A stretch of 32,000 nt of DNA from Nostoc punctiforme PCC 73102 (GCF_000020025.1 NC_010628.1:510001-542000), one strand, 5' to 3'. Shown: positions 9,934 through 17,994, counted from the first letter of the stretch. Notes: generated by a model from the sequence alone, not told the origin. Translations and numbers: made by a program.

Positions 9934-9963
9934 AAAAACCCCCTTCCCGTGTTGGGAAGGGGG
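9934..9963 (-). terminator. Rho-independent terminator of the dehydrogenase gene
   Basis: Perfect 10-bp stem cccccttccc/gggaaggggg with loop gtgtt, followed on the minus strand by TTTTT. Confidence 0.8.
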
Positions 9964-9988
9964 AAAATTTCAAATCCGGCGAGTGGTG

Positions 9989-11617
9989 CTACTTAACCTC
10001 TATAAACGAGATTATGTTATCGAAGTCAGCCCCAACGGATTTATAATCACCAGGGCTAAACTCACGGCATCGACCACCAGTTTCATGTTGGCAGACACGT
10101 ACAACGGTACCTGATGGTACACTTAACGAGCTAATAGCGTCATTTCCCACAACCTTTAAGTCACCTTGGTTGGCTTTGTATACTCCTGGAGTTGTAGGAA
10201 AAGACTGGGAAGAACCAGCAAAATTAGCATCTCTGTAGGCCTTAACCACCTTTGCTGACGGCGTGTAGGAGAGCTTGTAGATGGTGCCGCTATAATCATC
10301 CGAAATTAACAAATTACCTTGTTGATCGACTACCATATCTACGGGTCGCCCCCAGATTTCTTGTGTTCCTGGAACTAGCCAACCGTTGACTAAATCCATC
10401 TCCTGCTCTGGAGCCTTTGTGCTGTTGTTCCAGGGAAAGTAAGCTATTTTGTAGCCCGTTTTCTTCTGTCGATTCCATGAACCATGCAGCCCCGCCACTG
10501 CCCCATTTGAGTACAGGCTGGGAAAATTGGTATTTTGTAGGAATGTTAGTCCCAAGGGAGCGGAATGGGCTTGGATACCCTTGCTAATCCTGTCCATTGC
10601 ATTGCAATTAACCTTGCCATTGGCATTGAACTCATAGTCGCGGTCAAAGGGCATATTGTTCACGCCATTTGAAGTGTCAGGATTGGGGTTGCAAAAAGGC
10701 CAACCGTAGTTACCACCATCTTGGACTCGCGTAAACTCCTCTGGTGGGTGGTCGTCCACGTAGGAAGGGATAATCTTACCGTAATTGCCACTGCCATCGT
10801 TGAAGGGATAGGCGATGTTATCTCGATTATTAACAACTACCCAAAGGTCATTTGTGTTAGGCAAGAATGCTAATCCTTCGGCATTACGTAAGCCTTGGGC
10901 AAACAGCCGCCGATTGCTTCCATCTGCGTTGTACTGGTAAACTGCACCACGCACTGGGTTACTGATAGTATCTTCCTTGCAGGCATTGCAGGTAGAGGCT
11001 ATGGACACATACAGTTTGTGATTGGCATCAAGTGCGATGTTTTTCAGTTCGTGACCATAAGCGCCTTTAAGTTCTCCTGTGCTGCTATCTGGTAAGCCAG
11101 TTACAACAATTTGACGATTTTTTGCGGTTAAGTCTCCAGAGTTGTAGATAAAGCGGTTAATTTGATGAGTTTCAGAGATATAAACGTATGTGGTGTTGTT
11201 TATCTTATGAAACACAATGTCATGTGGCTTGCGTAGACCCGTTACAAAGTCAGAAATAATTGGGTCTTTGCTGCCATTTGCCCGGACAATTAATACTTTA
11301 TTCGCACTGGGTTGTGATACTAGAAGATCCCCATTGGGAGCAACTGCCATAAAGCGAGCTTTGTTTATACGAGCATAAACAGCAATGGAGAAGTTGGGGG
11401 GTACTTTCAAGTAACGGTTAATATTGAAAGGTGCATAGTTCATGCTACTAGGCACTGTCAGCTTGGTTTCAACAGACGCAGCAGGCGGTTGGCCCAACGC
11501 TGTGGGGGAAAAAACCTCTAAGGTTATTAAACTAGCAACTGAAGGGATCAAACTAAGTAGTGACGCAGATAATATGCGTCTGAGCATTGGTATTTGGTTT
11601 AGGGAAAACATAACCAT
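9989..11617 (-). CDS. Secreted PQQ-dependent sugar (glucose/sorbosone) dehydrogenase-like beta-propeller protein with a C-terminal beta/gamma-crystallin-like domain
   Basis: 542 aa. N-terminal signal-like hydrophobic segment, GGNYGWPFC motif typical of soluble glucose/sorbosone dehydrogenases. The last roughly 90 aa show the pattern Y.DANFAG...GNDAISSLSV...DFDNIISFIEV. Confidence 0.65.
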   Translation of the reverse strand: MVMFSLNQIPMLRRILSASLLSLIPSVASLITLEVFSPTALGQPPAASVETKLTVPSSMNYAPFNINRYLKVPPNFSIAVYARINKARFMAVAPNGDLLVSQPSANKVLIVRANGSKDPIISDFVTGLRKPHDIVFHKINNTTYVYISETHQINRFIYNSGDLTAKNRQIVVTGLPDSSTGELKGAYGHELKNIALDANHKLYVSIASTCNACKEDTISNPVRGAVYQYNADGSNRRLFAQGLRNAEGLAFLPNTNDLWVVVNNRDNIAYPFNDGSGNYGKIIPSYVDDHPPEEFTRVQDGGNYGWPFCNPNPDTSNGVNNMPFDRDYEFNANGKVNCNAMDRISKGIQAHSAPLGLTFLQNTNFPSLYSNGAVAGLHGSWNRQKKTGYKIAYFPWNNSTKAPEQEMDLVNGWLVPGTQEIWGRPVDMVVDQQGNLLISDDYSGTIYKLSYTPSAKVVKAYRDANFAGSSQSFPTTPGVYKANQGDLKVVGNDAISSLSVPSGTVVRVCQHETGGRCREFSPGDYKSVGADFDNIISFIEVK

Positions 11618-12151
11618 TCTTAACTTTTCTCTAGCCTGGTAGTGATGTATCTGACACGTAGCCCTCGGCTAGCCGATTTTTCCGAGAGCCAAAACAAAGA
11701 TTACCCACGGTACTTGTTTTTGAAAATACTTCGTTAAATATCTTTATGTAGTACATTTACTATTATCTTTCCTAACTCATCAAAAAATGGGTGAACCAAA
11801 AGTTGCAAAGAAAGGCATAGCGATCGCTCTTTCCAACTAAAAAAGTCCTCAAAACCAACGGAATTATCACCATTGTACCTAGCCACAAGAGCTTGTACAG
11901 AGAGTCTTACAGCGTTATTTCCCTATCAATAAGCCAAATTGGTATTTGAAAAACCATAAGCATTCAAGACTTGGTTTTTCTCAAAGAAATGATTGAACCT
12001 GGTAAAAGCCGTTTGGTAATTGAGCGCACATATCCCTTGGTATAATTAGCGGCAGATACCTGTGATATTTCTGCAATAACCCTGAAATCTGGAAACATTA
12101 CTCCAGCTAGTGGATATACTCGTAATCAAAATCTCAACAGAAGCGAGTATT

Positions 12152-15100
12152 ATGCTGGACTGGTTAGCTATTTGGGGTGTAACTCAGGCCGCCGGGTTGA
12201 TTTTTAAACCCATTCTGGAAGACTTAGCCAAGGATGCTGCTAAAGATTGGGCTAAAGATTTATTAAAAGGCATCCCTGGCAAGATTGTGCAGAAACTTAA
12301 GAAGGAAGACATAGAAATTGCTGCTGGTAAAGCCTTAAAGGAATTTTTGCAACTCATGCAGCAGCAGTTAAAGGTTCGTTGCAAACTTGCTGAAACTGAG
12401 ATTAAAGAGTACACCACAGACATCCAGAAATTTATCAGCGATAAGTCAGTTGCAGAACTTCTTGGTAAGGCTTTTGATATTAATTGTGAATCTCTAGATG
12501 CTAAAACGCTAGAAGATAGTTGGAACAGGCTGCAATTAAAACCTCTGCCATCTAAGTTTAACTGGCAATCAATTACAGAACAGTATTTTACACAAGTCCA
12601 AGAACTTCTTTTAGATTCAAAAGAATTACACCATATCCTAGAATTACAAAAATTATCTGATATTGAAATAAATACCAAAGAAATTGCTGGCGTTATTGTA
12701 GATTTTAATTTAGTTAAATATCAAGAAGGAATCCGCGAACGTTATGGCAATCTCAAGTTAGATAGCTTAGATACTAGCGGCTATGCCTATAACGAACTGA
12801 AGTTATGGCGGATTTTTACTGCTCAAAATGTCCGGGAAACTCATCAAGTTTTACCACAAGTTCACGAACTGCCTAAAGAACATCTGAGACGACTGCGAGA
12901 AAGTGAGCAAGTAGAAGCTGTTGAATTAGAAGAATTAGAACGCCACAAACGGGTTTATTTTGAACAGCCGATCCGTTCAGTTTTAGATGTTGTCAATAAA
13001 AAACAAGATTATAAATATATTGTCATTTTGGGCGATCCTGGTTCCGGGAAGTCTACATTGTTGCAATTTCTGGCTTTGAATTGGGCTGAGTCACCACTGG
13101 ATAATGTTATATCTTTACCAATTCCCTTGCTAATTGAATTACGCACTTATATGCGGCGACGAGAAGATAAAGAGTGCAATAATTTTCTAGAATTCTTTCA
13201 TCAATGTAGTGGTGCTGTTCATCATCTCAATCAGCTTGAAGTAGATAAACAATTAAAAGCTGGTAATGCCTTAGTGATGTTTGATGGTTTGGATGAGGTA
13301 TTTGAGCCTGGTAAGCGAGAGGATGTAATTACTGATATTCATCGCTTTACTAATGACTATCCTGATGTGCAGGTAATTGTCACTTCTCGGATTATTGGCT
13401 ATAAACCGCAACGATTGCTTAATGCTGAGTTTCGCCACTTTATCTTACAAGATTTAGACTCAGAACAAATTCAGGATTTTATCAACCGTTGGCATGAGTT
13501 AACTTTTACCGATGCAGTAGATAAAGTGAGAAAACAGGAACGGCTACAAAGAGGAATTGAAGCTTCCAAATCTATTGCAGAATTAGCGGGAAATCCTCTG
13601 CTGTTGACGATGATGGCAATTCTGAATCGGAATCAAGAGCTACCAAGAGATAGAGCTACACTTTACGATCAAGCATCACGGGTATTGCTACATCAATGGG
13701 ATGTGGAACGCGTTTTGATTGAAGATAAGAGGTTAGATCCCAAAACGATTGATTATAAGGATAAGCAAGCGATGCTGCGTCAGGTTGCTTATCTTATGCA
13801 AACTGGTGATAAAGGTTTGGCTGGGAATTTGATTAATGAAAATGATTTAGTCAAAGTTCTGACTGATTATCTCAAAACCATAGAATTTGATAAACCCAGA
13901 GAAGTTGCGAAGGTGATGATTAATCAGCTGCGGACTCGTAACTTTATGTTATGTTTCCTGGGTGCGGATTATTATGCTTTTGTGCATCGGACATTTTTAG
14001 AATATTTCTGTGCTTGGGAGTTTGTCTGGCAGTTTAAAGAAACGCAAACGCTGACTATTGAGGAACTTAAGAATGAAGTTTTTGGCAAACACTGGCAAGA
14101 TGAAAGTTGGCATGAAGTCTTGCTGCTAATTACGGGAATGATTGAGGCTAAATTTGTTGGTGAAATTCTTGATTATTTAATAGTGCAAGATGGCGAAGAG
14201 GAGAAGTTTGTTAATCTGTTTTTAGCGGCTAAGTGTCTTGTAGAGGTGAGAAACCGCGCGGCGATCGCGTCAATAGCTATTCAATTACTTAACCAGTTAA
14301 AGGACTTAACTAAATATGATCTCTGGTACTATTACGACCCCCGGCTGTATGGAGCAGAAACGGAGCTAGTTCAGGAAATTCGCACTCAAGCAGTCACAGC
14401 AATTGCAACGACCTGGCAAGAATCTCTCAATACCAAAACCTGGCTCAAAGAACGCGCTACCCAGGATGATGACAACGATGTGCGACGTGCAGCAGTCGAA
14501 GAATTAGCGAATCACTTCAAAGATGACCCCGACACCAAATCCTGGCTCAAAGAACGCGCTACCCAGGATGATGACAACGATGTGCGACGTGCAGCAGTCG
14601 AAGAATTAGCGAATCACTTCAAAGATGACCCCGACACCAAATCCATCCTCAAAGAACGCGCTACCCAAGATGATCACGAAAATGTGCGAAGTGCAGCAGT
14701 CGAAGGATTAGCAGAGAATTTCAAAGATGACCCCGACACCAAATCCATCCTCAAAGAACACGCTATCCAAGATGATCACGAAGATGTGCGATGTGCAGCA
14801 GTCGAAGGATTAGCGAAGAATTTCAAAGATGACCCCGACACCAAACCTATCCTCAAAGAACACGCTACCCAAGATGATCACGAAAATGTGCGAAGTGCAG
14901 CAGTCGAAGGATTAGCAGAGAATTTCAAAGATGACCCCGACACCAAATCCATCCTCAAAGAACGCGCTATCCAGGATGATGACTGGTATGTGCGAAGTGC
15001 AGCAATCCGAGAATTAGCGAAGAACTTCAAAGATGACCCCGACACCAAAGCTTGGCTCAAACAAATTGCTAACCACGATGATGACAGACTTGTGCGAGGT

Positions 15101-15772
15101 GCAGCAGTCGACGAATTAGCGAAGAACTTCAAAGATGACCCCGGCACCAAAGCTTGGCTTAAACAATGCGCTACCCAAGATGATGACTCGGTTGTGCGAA
15201 GTGCAGCAATCCGAGAATTAGTGAAGAACTTTAAAGACTCCGACACCAAAATCTGGCTCAAACAACTTGCTAACTACGATGATGACTCAGTTGTGCGAAG
15301 TGCAGCAATCCGAGAATTAGCGAAGAATTTTAAAGATGACCCCGACACCAAAACCTGGCTTAAACAATGCGCTACCCAAGATGATAACTACTTGGTGCGA
15401 AGTACAGCAGCCCACGAACTAGCGAAGAACTTCAAAGATGACCCCGAAACCAAATCCATCCTCAAAGAACTTGCTACCAAGGATGATGACAACGATGTGC
15501 GAGGTGCAGCAGTCCAGGAATTAGCGAAGAACTTCAAAGATGACGCTGATTTATTTGACATCTACTACCAGTGCGCTGTTAATGACCCCTTTAAGGGTAG
15601 CCATGAGTCCTATATATCCAACCCTCGGCGCATTGCACTAGAGATAATTATCAAGCAATATCCTCAGCATCCCCAGACTTTACCACTGTTGCGCGATCGC
15701 GCAGAGAATGACCCAGATGAGCAAGTGCGGGAATTTGCTCAGAAGAAGTTGGCACAATTAAGCAATAATTGA
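12152..15772 (+). CDS. NACHT-family STAND NTPase with an unknown helical N-terminal domain (about 300 aa) and a C-terminal HEAT-type repeat array (NLR-like architecture)
   Basis: Walker A GDPGSGKST (13031-13057), Walker B LVMFDGLDEV (13271-13300), then 11 tandem 34-aa repeats of consensus TKxWLKxxATQDDDxxVRxAAxxELAKNFKDDPD. ATG at 12152; the ORF track starts at a GTG at 12110. Confidence 0.85.
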   Translation: MLDWLAIWGVTQAAGLIFKPILEDLAKDAAKDWAKDLLKGIPGKIVQKLKKEDIEIAAGKALKEFLQLMQQQLKVRCKLAETEIKEYTTDIQKFISDKSVAELLGKAFDINCESLDAKTLEDSWNRLQLKPLPSKFNWQSITEQYFTQVQELLLDSKELHHILELQKLSDIEINTKEIAGVIVDFNLVKYQEGIRERYGNLKLDSLDTSGYAYNELKLWRIFTAQNVRETHQVLPQVHELPKEHLRRLRESEQVEAVELEELERHKRVYFEQPIRSVLDVVNKKQDYKYIVILGDPGSGKSTLLQFLALNWAESPLDNVISLPIPLLIELRTYMRRREDKECNNFLEFFHQCSGAVHHLNQLEVDKQLKAGNALVMFDGLDEVFEPGKREDVITDIHRFTNDYPDVQVIVTSRIIGYKPQRLLNAEFRHFILQDLDSEQIQDFINRWHELTFTDAVDKVRKQERLQRGIEASKSIAELAGNPLLLTMMAILNRNQELPRDRATLYDQASRVLLHQWDVERVLIEDKRLDPKTIDYKDKQAMLRQVAYLMQTGDKGLAGNLINENDLVKVLTDYLKTIEFDKPREVAKVMINQLRTRNFMLCFLGADYYAFVHRTFLEYFCAWEFVWQFKETQTLTIEELKNEVFGKHWQDESWHEVLLLITGMIEAKFVGEILDYLIVQDGEEEKFVNLFLAAKCLVEVRNRAAIASIAIQLLNQLKDLTKYDLWYYYDPRLYGAETELVQEIRTQAVTAIATTWQESLNTKTWLKERATQDDDNDVRRAAVEELANHFKDDPDTKSWLKERATQDDDNDVRRAAVEELANHFKDDPDTKSILKERATQDDHENVRSAAVEGLAENFKDDPDTKSILKEHAIQDDHEDVRCAAVEGLAKNFKDDPDTKPILKEHATQDDHENVRSAAVEGLAENFKDDPDTKSILKERAIQDDDWYVRSAAIRELAKNFKDDPDTKAWLKQIANHDDDRLVRGAAVDELAKNFKDDPGTKAWLKQCATQDDDSVVRSAAIRELVKNFKDSDTKIWLKQLANYDDDSVVRSAAIRELAKNFKDDPDTKTWLKQCATQDDNYLVRSTAAHELAKNFKDDPETKSILKELATKDDDNDVRGAAVQELAKNFKDDADLFDIYYQCAVNDPFKGSHESYISNPRRIALEIIIKQYPQHPQTLPLLRDRAENDPDEQVREFAQKKLAQLSNN
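14429..15550 (+). repeat. 11 tandem 102-bp (34-codon) HEAT-type repeats inside the NACHT gene
   Basis: Copies 1 and 2 are identical over the full 102 bp from 14441 (second copy from 14543). Later copies differ mostly at a few codon positions. Confidence 0.9.
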
Positions 15773-15785
15773 CGAGAATATTCTT

Positions 15786-15850
15786 GTAGAGATGGCGATT
15801 TATCGCATCTAACGTGCCAGTTTTTCAGACGCGATAAATCGCGTCTCTAC
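15786..15850. repeat. Inverted pair of a Nostoc-type small dispersed palindromic repeat (GTAGAGACGCGATTTATCGCGTCT-like); probable terminator hairpin after the NACHT gene
   Basis: gtagagatggcgatttatcgcatct (15786-15810) and agacgcgataaatcgcgtctctac (15827-15850) are near reverse complements. A related palindrome lies at 31827-31846. Confidence 0.6.
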
Positions 15851-15910
15851 ATGAGGGCTTTCTGGTTATCCCATCTAAATCAGTAAAATTAAATAAAAAT
15901 AGGTAATCTC

Positions 15911-16165
15911 ATGACTACATCTATAAATACAGCCAAAGTCTACGACGAAATTATAGAGTTTATTGCTGCTGGAACCACTCCTCAAAGTGTTATCGATTTC
16001 AAACTCTCGGATGCAGCCAAAGACCGTTTAGAGGATTTGGTTTACCGCGCAAAAACTGAAGGTCTTACAGGAAGTGACCAGCGAGAGTTAGATCATTTCC
16101 TCACGCTAGAGCATATTATGAGGTTGGCAAAAGCAAAAGCTCATCAGTATATTAACCCTAAGTAA
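15911..16165 (+). CDS. Small (84 aa) helical protein of unknown function, immediately upstream of the HNH gene
   Basis: ATG start, 9-nt gap to the next ORF. No motif I can assign. Confidence 0.6.
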   Translation: MTTSINTAKVYDEIIEFIAAGTTPQSVIDFKLSDAAKDRLEDLVYRAKTEGLTGSDQRELDHFLTLEHIMRLAKAKAHQYINPK

Positions 16166-16174
16166 GTATTCAAA

Positions 16175-16615
16175 ATGCCTCGTCTATATATTAATGCAGA
16201 ACTGCGGCGTTTAGTTGCCGAGCGCGCCGCCCATCTATGCGAGTATTGTTTATATCCAGAATTAGACGGCTTAGGTTTTCAAGTTGACCATATAATCAGT
16301 GTGAAACACGGCGGCGCTACAACAGCAGATAATCTCTGCTATGCCTGTATTTTCTGTAACCTGCAAAAAGGGACGGATTTAGGCTCAATTAATTGGCAAA
16401 CTGGCGAACTTGTGCGGTTTTTTAACCCACGCAGAGACTTTTGGGGCGATCATTTTCGACTAGATGAGGCTGTGATTCAGCATCAAACAGATATCGGTGA
16501 AGTTACCGCACGTATCCTAGATTTTAACAGCGATGAAAGGATTGTAGAACGACAAGCTTTGATTGCATCTGGTCAGTATCCCTCAGCATCAGCGCTAAAA
16601 CAGATAAATAAATAG
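16175..16615 (+). CDS. HNH endonuclease family protein
   Basis: 146 aa. CEYC...DHIISVKHGG...DNLCYACIFCNLQKG is a classic HNH/zinc-ligand pattern (16286-16315 encodes DHIISVKHGG). Confidence 0.8.
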   Translation: MPRLYINAELRRLVAERAAHLCEYCLYPELDGLGFQVDHIISVKHGGATTADNLCYACIFCNLQKGTDLGSINWQTGELVRFFNPRRDFWGDHFRLDEAVIQHQTDIGEVTARILDFNSDERIVERQALIASGQYPSASALKQINK

Positions 16616-16705
16616 GTTATGATGTGCGATCGCATCCATCAATGGGAATTCTATACTTAGCAACTATTGCTACTTCACCATTAGAACTCCCAAGGTAAAT
16701 ATATA

Positions 16706-17182
16706 ATGGCTTATCAGAATATTGCAGCCACCCTTTCGCCACAAGATATCCAAGAAATTAAAGCCGCGCTACAGACAGTCCAAAAAAAGATGCCCTTTCT
16801 GATTACTCTCAGCACTGAAGAACGGCGGAAGTTAGTAAAAATGGGCGATAAAAGCCTAGCTTTTGTGAATAATAGCATTACTGCTGCTCAGTCTAACCGC
16901 GAAATTCTTCCAGCCACTTTTGATGTTGAGGAACTGGTTCAAGATTATCAATTAGCGGCTGCGCTTACCGAACTTTTAACTTCAATGCAGCAACTCACCG
17001 AACAGGTAGATGATACCCTAATGGCTGTCGGTAGTGAAGCGATGACTAGCAGTTTGACTGTTTATGATTACGTGAAGACTGCATCAAAAAAGACTCCAGG
17101 CTTAAAAACTGTCGCTGAACAGTTGGGAGAACGTTTTAAAGCTATCAAAGGTAGACCAACTAAAGCCGCGTCCGGTTCTTGA
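16706..17182 (+). CDS. Hypothetical protein (158 aa), function unknown
   Basis: ATG preceded by aaggtaa. Coding-like composition. Its stop codon overlaps the first unit of the 21-bp array. Confidence 0.6.
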   Translation: MAYQNIAATLSPQDIQEIKAALQTVQKKMPFLITLSTEERRKLVKMGDKSLAFVNNSITAAQSNREILPATFDVEELVQDYQLAAALTELLTSMQQLTEQVDDTLMAVGSEAMTSSLTVYDYVKTASKKTPGLKTVAEQLGERFKAIKGRPTKAASGS

Positions 17183-17411
17183 GGCTTTGATACTCATTAA
17201 TGAGTCTTTGAACCCCATTAATGAACCTTTGAACTCCATTAATGAGCCTCTGAACTCCATTAATGAGGCTTTGATACTCATTAATGAGTCTTTGAACCCC
17301 ATTAATGAACCTTTGAACTCTATTAATGAGTCTCTGAACTCCATTAATGAGGCTTTGATACTCATTAATGAGTCTCTGAACTCCATTAATGAGGCTTTGA
17401 ACTCCATTAAC
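17181..17411. repeat. Tandem array of eleven 21-bp units (consensus gagKctttgaactccattaat) with an 84-bp higher-order period
   Basis: Units counted by hand. U1=U5=U9, U2=U6, U8=U10. Each unit junction carries the palindrome CATTAATG, extended to ACTCATTAATGAGT at some junctions. Both strands are open across the array. Confidence 0.9.
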
Positions 17412-17866
17412 GAATTTTTAGATACCTCATTCCCAGTCTATGGCTGGGAATGACTATTGGTAGGCTCCGCCTTCCAAATTTGCAGCAGAGCCGCAATGAA
17501 GCAGATTTTCAGGTTCTACCTAAAAATAAGATTTAAATCTGGAAACGAGATTTATAAAATTTTGGCGATCGCTATTCTCGTACATCTATATAATAAGAAA
17601 ACAGTCGCTACGAGCTATAACTATATTTTGAAACGTATATCTGCATACAGACAGCAAATCCTAAAAGAAAATAAAGAAACCTGTCTTTCGCTCAACTCAA
17701 TAATAGGATACTAATAGTAGTAGCATATACAAAAAATCAATTTCTAGCTTCATGTAAATCATATTTGAGTGCATCTGAGTACAACTTAATATATTGCAAA
17801 ATATCTTGACGAAATCTTAGCAAAGGCTTACGGGTAAAGTTTCTTGTAGCGTGAACAGAAATTCTT

Positions 17867-17994
17867 AACCCCTGCCCCAAAAATACTAGTACCCCCATCG
17901 TTAAATACTAGCGCCCCTAACCCCAGACGAATTTTAACTTTATGTTAAGTCGGGGTTTCGGCGTTTGAGTACAACCTTAATCAATCCAATAAAT
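17867..17994 (+). promoter_or_regulatory. cysE(nifP) upstream promoter-like module, inverted partner of 9248-9385
   Basis: aacccctg...aaatactagtaccccc...aaatactagcgcccctaacccc...ggggtttcggcgtttgagtacaa...aatccaataaat, ending 92 nt before the cysE ATG. Confidence 0.6.

Noticed and set aside
12184-12678. 164-aa minus-strand ORF, and the 127-aa ORF at 14878-15261, inside the NACHT gene.
   Set aside because: These are shadow ORFs antisense to a strongly supported long CDS. The second is an artefact of the repeat periodicity.
17181-17411. Possible CRISPR array.
   Set aside because: The units abut directly with no spacers, they are shorter than typical CRISPR repeats, and no cas genes lie in the window.
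17102-17453. ORFs on both strands (17102-17407 minus, 17187-17453 plus) translating the 21-bp array into heptad-repeat peptides.
   Set aside because: Both frames are open only because the unit is 21 bp and lacks stop codons. The plus ORF starts at a TTG with no RBS, and the minus ORF overlaps the 3' end of the 158-aa gene. I treat this as a DNA-level repeat unless expression data say otherwise.
17457-17714. 85-aa ORF after the repeat array.
   Set aside because: It starts at a non-ATG codon inside a repeat-derived hairpin (tcattcccag...ctgggaatga), is very AT-rich and Lys/Ile/Tyr-rich, and has no RBS.
9248-17994. The inverted ~130-bp modules as terminal inverted repeats of a transposon.
   Set aside because: There is no transposase or integrase between them. 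The modules sit at promoter distance from nifB and cysE and face those genes, and identity is block-wise with variable spacers rather than continuous. Duplicated regulatory architecture fits better.
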